Origin: a phage | Direction: 5' to 3' (one strand) | Length of the DNA: 64,000 nt | Sequence record: PZ445524.1 | In this document: positions 58,922 through 64,000 of the stretch, piece after piece | How the letters are laid out: each line of letters opens with the position of its first letter | How positions within the stretch are numbered: position 1 is the first letter of the stretch | Translations under genes and position numbers: made by a program | The notes under the pieces: model-generated | What the model was told of the DNA's origin: nothing | What the model saw: the letters and a program-made list of their open reading frames with translations, nothing else | Database searches by the model: none

Positions 58922-59890
58922 TTATTTCAGAAGAGTAACCTCAGCGATTTCTTCCCAACCGTTTTTGTCGGTCATAATAAAGTCAGCAAGATAAAGAGCA
59001 GTACGCAGTGAAACATTGCGTAAACGGTTAACATTGACTTTCATCCATGATAATGCTTTATAAGTTTCTTCATCAGAAAGACCGCGCTTTTGCATCATGT
59101 CAGTTGAAAGAATAACATCTTCAACCCTGACCATAATTTCTTCATTAGTGTGAACACCCAAATCCAAATAAACTGAGCGGGACACTAATGCTTGTAAATG
59201 TGGAGCAAGTTTAGTACCACGGTCTAATTCGCGGTCAATGTCAACGTTTGTGATAAAAACAATCGTTCCTTTAAATTCAAACTCACGCTCAATGCCTTTT
59301 TCTTCTAAATAAGAAGATGCAGTGCTCCAGCAGACTTTACGGGTCTCTCCAGTGTCCAGAGCAGCTTTCAGAAGATTAAGAATGTCCATATCAGAGAAAA
59401 CATCCACATCATCAATCAAAAGGACAGAATTCTCTTCACGATTATTCCAGAGCTGTTCATAAAGACCGATACCAGAGATTTTACCGTTAATGCTTTTATA
59501 TTCAATGTATCCAATATCATTTGCTTTATTTAAAGCTTTATCTAAAGAATACGTTTTACCAATACCTGCTGCTCCCGAGATAATTAATGAACGAATATTT
59601 CCGTTAATAATACCATTCGTCATCATTCCCATAACATTAAATCTTTTATTAATGCGGGTTTTCATATCTTCATATGATTCTTTAACTTCTTCAACTTTTA
59701 CACCATCATATGAAATGTCTGATTTGTAAACCCAAACACCACGACGTTTACCGTCAATTTCAACAAAAACTTTACCATCTCCTTGTGCATCTACTGGTGC
59801 ATTATCTGGGAACCATTCGCCTAAGAGCTCAAAAGTTCCAGAGATTTCTTTACCGAAGTAGATACCCTTATTGATAGTTACAGTTTTCAT
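58922..59890 (-). CDS. AAA+ family ATPase (322 aa)
   Basis: Walker A GAAGIGKT, Walker B VLLIDDVD; trimmed from TTG to ATG after GGAG in conserved leader. Confidence 0.7.
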   Translation of the reverse strand: MKTVTINKGIYFGKEISGTFELLGEWFPDNAPVDAQGDGKVFVEIDGKRRGVWVYKSDISYDGVKVEEVKESYEDMKTRINKRFNVMGMMTNGIINGNIRSLIISGAAGIGKTYSLDKALNKANDIGYIEYKSINGKISGIGLYEQLWNNREENSVLLIDDVDVFSDMDILNLLKAALDTGETRKVCWSTASSYLEEKGIEREFEFKGTIVFITNVDIDRELDRGTKLAPHLQALVSRSVYLDLGVHTNEEIMVRVEDVILSTDMMQKRGLSDEETYKALSWMKVNVNRLRNVSLRTALYLADFIMTDKNGWEEIAEVTLLK

Positions 59891-59924
59891 TTTATTCTCC
59901 AAATCCGTATCAGTTGATAGTTGT

Positions 59925-59954
59925 ATAGTACCATAAAGCTTTATGCTTGTAAAC
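59925..59954 (-). promoter_or_regulatory. early promoter with conserved leader
   Basis: GTTTAC-N18-TACTATACAACTATCAACTGATACGGATTTGGAG. Confidence 0.55.
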
Positions 59955-59978
59955 AGTTTTGTGAAAAATTTTTGAAAT

Positions 59979-60002
59979 AAAAAAGGGAGCCCGAAGGCTC
60001 CC
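59979..60002 (-). terminator. rho-independent terminator (UUCG hairpin + U-run)
   Basis: GGGAGCC-UUCG-GGCUCCC then UUUUUU, right after stop at 60005. Confidence 0.65.
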
Positions 60003-60004
60003 TA

Positions 60005-61051
60005 TCATTTATAATAACTTCGGTGGTTTTCAAGATAGACCTTCTCAAGGAAGTCATCCCAGAAACCCATGTCTACTTTTTGCTGCATACCGTTCTTAGA
60101 AGCTTCAGTAGATGCTGCTTCTACTTGATCGACCACATCTTCCAAAAACTCTTGAACCGTTTTAAATGGATGTTTACCCAACTTCACGTCGAGAATAAAT
60201 GGAGCGTCTTTGAGTGGATAGACTAAGTCGCCAGTTTTGTAAATTTCCAATAGTTGAAGTCCACCACGACAAGCATGGCTCAGAGCTTTCCAGTCAATGC
60301 CTTCGTTGGCTTCGGCCTTACGAGCGCGTTCACCATATTCAGCATCTAATTTGTTCAGTGACTGCTTAAGCTCAATAAGAGAAAGAGTTGTCTGATATTT
60401 ACGACCCAACACAGTGTAGAACGTTTGTGGGCCTGTTTTCTCATGATTATGAAATACCCATTCACAGAACTCGTTCTCTGGAAGACGATGCTTAATATCT
60501 TCAACTTTAGTGCGACGCTGCTTAATAGAACCATCTTCTTGGTAATCAACCCATTGCTCAGGGATTTGATTAACTACTTTCAATACATCGCGTAATGCAG
60601 CCAAACGAGAACCCTTGACACCGTATTTAGAAGCTTGCTTGCGAACATATCCTAAATATGATTTCATGTTAGTCGTATAAAAACGAGAACGGTTGTCTTG
60701 AATAAACTTCCACACATCAGGCAAATCAGATTTAACCACTAGCTCAGGTGGAGTGTGAAGCATATCTAATGCTACAGTTTCACCATCTGCTGCTAATTTA
60801 AAGAAATACTTAAGACTGTATAGTTCATGGTCAATATCATCTTTAGTGTTTTTAGATGATGTGTTGTTAGTGTTTTTACTCATATGCTCTTTGACGTTTC
60901 CGATAAGAATATCGCGAGCAGGAGGAACAAAAATTTCTTTAAAATCTACATCAGATTCTGGGGTAGAAGTTCCATAAAGATGACTACCAAAATAAGACTT
61001 AACTACAGTTTTCATTATTAGACCTTTCATAATCTTCATTAAATTGTACAA
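60005..61051 (-). CDS. putative nucleotidyltransferase-fold protein (about 335-348 aa)
   Basis: N-terminal GS...D.D pattern (GSHLYGTSTPESDVDF) typical of pol-beta-superfamily NTases; true start may be ATG at 61015. Confidence 0.55.
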   Translation of the reverse strand: MYNLMKIMKGLIMKTVVKSYFGSHLYGTSTPESDVDFKEIFVPPARDILIGNVKEHMSKNTNNTSSKNTKDDIDHELYSLKYFFKLAADGETVALDMLHTPPELVVKSDLPDVWKFIQDNRSRFYTTNMKSYLGYVRKQASKYGVKGSRLAALRDVLKVVNQIPEQWVDYQEDGSIKQRRTKVEDIKHRLPENEFCEWVFHNHEKTGPQTFYTVLGRKYQTTLSLIELKQSLNKLDAEYGERARKAEANEGIDWKALSHACRGGLQLLEIYKTGDLVYPLKDAPFILDVKLGKHPFKTVQEFLEDVVDQVEAASTEASKNGMQQKVDMGFWDDFLEKVYLENHRSYYK

Positions 61052-61778
61052 TCAATCGATGATAATTAGATTTTGGATATCCTAATTTACTTATATAAGT
61101 TCCGAATGACCCACGTTTAGGTCTATTTAATTTAATCCATAACTTATAAAGTAAGTCATAGTCTTGCCAATGTTTACCAGTTCTTTGTCTAATTTTAGAT
61201 GAATTTGATTGTTTCTTTTTAGTTTCAAAATTATTCAAAGATTTTTTGACTGCAGCAGAGTGTTTTTCTTTAACTCCCGGTCGTTTAAAAGCAGCTTTCA
61301 CCCCTTTAGATATTTTTTCTTTAACTTCCGGTTTGTTTTGTGCTTCTAACTGGGATTCTGAAATTTTAGCCCTTATTTCAGGAAGACTTAATGTTATCGA
61401 ACGTTTTTCTCTGTATTCATTAGACTTCCACATTTCTTTCATTGTATTAGAATGTATTTTTGAAAATTTTTCTCTAACTAACTGATATCCTCTTGAAGTT
61501 AATTTGAGATTTCTTCCTAAAGAATCTTCTCCAAAATTATAAAATGACCACCATGCATAAATTAATCCAGGCGAATTATAATGAATTTTAGCTAAAAGCC
61601 AATGGGCTATAAAATGCTCTCTAGCTGTTAATAAAACTAGATTATCAGAATCATCATTACCACCAATACAAGATGGAATAATATGATGCTTTTCCGTATA
61701 AAAATTTAATTTAGATTTATCTAATTTTCTGAGTTTTCCTTTCTTAATTAAATTATTATATACTTTAGTATAATTCAT
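60999..61778 (-). CDS. HNH homing endonuclease, MobD-like
   Basis: 259 aa; HNH motif KHHIIPSCIGGNDDSDNLVLLTAREHFIAH; N-terminus similar to MobA. Confidence 0.8.
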   Translation of the reverse strand: MNYTKVYNNLIKKGKLRKLDKSKLNFYTEKHHIIPSCIGGNDDSDNLVLLTAREHFIAHWLLAKIHYNSPGLIYAWWSFYNFGEDSLGRNLKLTSRGYQLVREKFSKIHSNTMKEMWKSNEYREKRSITLSLPEIRAKISESQLEAQNKPEVKEKISKGVKAAFKRPGVKEKHSAAVKKSLNNFETKKKQSNSSKIRQRTGKHWQDYDLLYKLWIKLNRPKRGSFGTYISKLGYPKSNYHRLIVQFNEDYERSNNENCS

Positions 61779-61852
61779 TGGTTCTTCGTCTCATTTAATT
61801 TTGCTTTGCATTTATAACACATGTCTGTTCCACTTGAAATAAACATATTTCC

Positions 61853-62410
61853 TCACTTTGAAATCATAGTTGGAATAACAGAATCAAGATAAGTCTTTAG
61901 TGCAATAGCTTCGTCTTTGTTTAATGTAATGATATGTGATCGAAAATCGTCAATTTGACGAATAGATACTATATCTCCCTCTTCATAGCATTTTGACACA
62001 TTTAAAATAGTTTCATCATTATGATTACAGGAGTTAGTAATAATAGCATTACATTTTTTAAACCATTTTAAATTATGTTTTCTTTTAGTAGAATCATAAA
62101 AATATTTAATGTTAGTTATAAAATTATCCCAATTATTAATTGATAAGCACATTGACTCGCTTTTAATATTAAATCCTGGGCATGAAGAATAAAAATGAAT
62201 TTTATGCTCATCATTAATGCTTACAATTTTATCAGTGTAAGCATATTCAATTTGGGTTAAACGAACAATTTCGCTAGGCGTAAAATATAACATGTCATCT
62301 TCTTGCGTCAAACGATACATGTTATTTACTTTTTCTATAGCCAATTCACCAAAAAGCGGACTAACTTCTAATACTAATCGTTTCATATTGATTCTCTTCG
62401 ACTCACTCAC
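61853..62410 (-). CDS. hypothetical protein (185 aa)
   Basis: ORF track. Confidence 0.6.
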   Translation of the reverse strand: MSESKRINMKRLVLEVSPLFGELAIEKVNNMYRLTQEDDMLYFTPSEIVRLTQIEYAYTDKIVSINDEHKIHFYSSCPGFNIKSESMCLSINNWDNFITNIKYFYDSTKRKHNLKWFKKCNAIITNSCNHNDETILNVSKCYEEGDIVSIRQIDDFRSHIITLNKDEAIALKTYLDSVIPTMISK

Positions 62411-62740
62411 AATTACATACTCCTTTGAATAATATCAATAATGTTGTTCACCAGATTATAAGTAAACATTGGGTAATTATATTGAATCATCACATACACA
62501 ACAAACAAAATTTTCATTCTCTTCTCCTTGACAGTTGACAAGATTACTATACCATAACCTTGCCAACTTGTAAACCATTAAATGACGTTTTCAATAAAAT
62601 TCTGAAGCTTTGTGTGAGCATCAACCATGATTTTCATTTCTTCCTTTGCGAAAGCTGTACCTCTTTCCCGAGAAGAACATTCATAGTCAGAAACTGCATT
62701 AGCATATTCTTCAATTAGCTTCATTAAAAACATCTGCTTT

Positions 62741-62935
62741 TCAGTTTTCATTATTCCACCTAATCATTTCAAGATATTGAACTAACTTAGCTTTAGATTT
62801 ATCCAAATCCTTTTTAGCTGCTTCTATACCGTCGTATGAATATCCTTCACAATGCTCAACTGCTAATTGGTATGAATCTATTTCAATATCACGTGCTAAT
62901 TTAATGATTTTTTCAAACTGTTCACGTGTTAGCAT
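62741..62935 (-). CDS. hypothetical protein (64 aa)
   Basis: ORF track. Confidence 0.5.
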   Translation of the reverse strand: MLTREQFEKIIKLARDIEIDSYQLAVEHCEGYSYDGIEAAKKDLDKSKAKLVQYLEMIRWNNEN

Positions 62936-62937
62936 AA

Positions 62938-63156
62938 TTAAACTCTCGTATTATGATCGATAATTTCATCAAGAAACATATCTAACGCTTCTAAAGCATT
63001 ATCAACTTTAGCTTCAAGTTCTTCAATACCTGATAAGGCAAAGTTAATGCGTTCCTCATCTGCTTTACGAATTAAAGCTACCAATTCCTTAATTTTATCA
63101 GCTTGTTCGATACTAATCATTATTCCACCACATATGAAAGAGAGAATATTGCACAC
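62938..63156 (-). CDS. hypothetical protein (72 aa)
   Basis: ORF track. Confidence 0.5.
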
Positions 63157-63308
63157 GCCATGTGAGTTGCAACTTCATCACACATATTATAACGTTTCTT
63201 AAGAAGTTCTACAAGTTCTTCACTAGTAACTTCATCCATGTCGACGAAAAAATCACCATTAATGATGACGTAGATATTTCCTTCTTGATTGAGTGCTTCA
63301 ATTTTCAT
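63120..63308 (-). CDS. hypothetical protein (62 aa)
   Basis: track ORF trimmed to ATG (MKIEALNQ) after AGGAG, downstream of promoter. Confidence 0.5.
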
Positions 63309-63336
63309 GATGTTCTCCTCTTTATCCGATGGTTGT

Positions 63337-63366
63337 ATAGTACCACAGCTCAAACGGAAAGTAAAC
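63337..63366 (-). promoter_or_regulatory. early promoter
   Basis: GTTTAC-N18-TACTATACAACCATCGGATAAAGAGGAG. Confidence 0.55.
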
Positions 63367-63376
63367 CGGTAAAATG

Positions 63377-63398
63377 AAAAAAGTCTCCCGAAGGAGAC
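63377..63398 (-). terminator. rho-independent terminator (UUCG hairpin + U-run)
   Basis: GUCUCC-UUCG-GGAGAC then UUUUUU after stop at 63404. Confidence 0.6.
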
Positions 63399-63403
63399 TA
63401 ATG

Positions 63404-63790
63404 TTATTCGAGGGAAAGAAGATACTTACTCTGGTAAAACATTCCAGTAATATCATCTATCGTGCTTTGGATGGCTGGAGGCATTTCTTTATAAATGCTG
63501 TTAGATTGGTCTAGTATGCGATCAATCATTTTAATTGTGTCGGTAGGAAGTTTACTAGCATCTGGAATTGAAGGTGTGTATTTTCTACCAGAATACCCCA
63601 AATATTGCTCACCAAATTTATCAATCAAATCTGGCAACTCGGAGAAAATAAAATCGTATGCTTTGTGTCTAGCATAACTTTTAGTTTCAAAATGTGCAGA
63701 ATGAAAATAAGCTTGTGCAGCCATTAATAAACCTAAGTATTCATCTGCCTTTGAAGGTTTTCCACTTTGTGAAAAGTCGCTGAATTTCAT
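63404..63790 (-). CDS. hypothetical protein (128 aa)
   Basis: ORF track. Confidence 0.6.
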
Positions 63791-63981
63791 TCAGTCTCCA
63801 ATTTAATGTTCATAATTCTAGCGTATGATTGTGCCATCTCCGCGCCTCGTTCTATACATTCAAAATCAGAAGAGCACGGGTCATTTTTATAGGTCGTTCT
63901 CATAAAACTATAGAATTGTTCAGACGATTCTACGCTTTTATTTTCAAAAAGCATATAAACGTGCCTAATACCAGATTCCAT
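63787..63981 (-). CDS. hypothetical protein (64 aa)
   Basis: ORF track. Confidence 0.5.
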   Translation of the reverse strand: MESGIRHVYMLFENKSVESSEQFYSFMRTTYKNDPCSSDFECIERGAEMAQSYARIMNIKLETE

Positions 63982-64000
63982 AAATTTATCAAAATGAGGA

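Noticed and set aside
1715-63366. Possible CRISPR array or mobile repeat, suggested by the recurring 45-bp motif
   Set aside because: Copies are irregularly spaced kilobases apart, always sit just upstream of a start codon, and contain -35/-10 hexamers plus an SD. They are promoter and leader units, not CRISPR repeats.
1487-63677. Plus-strand ORFs in the track that lie inside minus-strand genes (for example 1487..1684, 2661..3011, 7028..7252, 11650..11877, 12481..12771, 18957..19322, 34297..34530, 38984..39400, 41396..41779, 63495..63677)
   Set aside because: They are embedded antisense in well-supported genes, lack SD sequences, and have low-complexity compositions typical of AT-rich antisense frames. 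Only 25318..25518 on the plus strand has an intergenic position and a consensus RBS.
1-64000. Window is wild-type T4 itself
   Set aside because: Many proteins look T4-like, but nrdD is uninterrupted, an HNH gene occupies the soc-56 locus, and the 56-61 and uvsX-bgt intervals are too short for dam and segA as I remember them. More likely a close T4 relative. This rests on memory and needs an alignment.
1-64000. tRNA or rRNA genes, prophage integration sites, integrase
   Set aside because: No cloverleaf-like GC-rich 70-90 nt segments were found outside the hairpins described, and there is no integrase or recombinase ORF. Content is that of a lytic T4-like phage.

Overview
This window reads as a contiguous early/middle-gene block of a T4-like myovirus (Tequatrovirus type). 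It is AT-rich and densely packed, with essentially every gene on the minus strand. Gene order is colinear with the T4 map: motA, 52, ac-like, stp, ndd, denB, rIIB, rIIA, 60, mobA, 39, dexA, dda, srd, modA/modB, soc, 56, 61, sp, dmd, 41, 40, uvsX, beta-gt, 42, imm, 43, regA, 62, 44, 45, rpbA, 46, 47, alpha-gt, 55, nrdH/G/D, 49, pin, nrdC, then the variable nrdC-distal region. Product calls rest on ORF length, position and my recollection of T4 protein sequences; no database search was possible. The most striking element is the gene 60 programmed 50-nt translational bypass with its UUCG hairpin, sitting next to the mobA HNH endonuclease that splits the topoisomerase large subunit into genes 39 and 60. 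Other directly visible signals are a repeated early promoter plus conserved leader (at least 8 copies), about 12 C(UUCG)G hairpins between cistrons, the gene 43 translational operator, and a TATAAATA late promoter for soc. The phage differs from T4 as I remember it: nrdD is one uninterrupted ORF, an HNH gene sits at the soc-56 locus, and there is no room for dam or segA. The least characterised part, and my best candidate for an undescribed module, is the nrdC-distal block: four tandem coiled-coil-tailed paralog-like genes, then an AAA+ ATPase, a nucleotidyltransferase-fold protein and a second HNH endonuclease. I found no tRNA, rRNA or CRISPR array.
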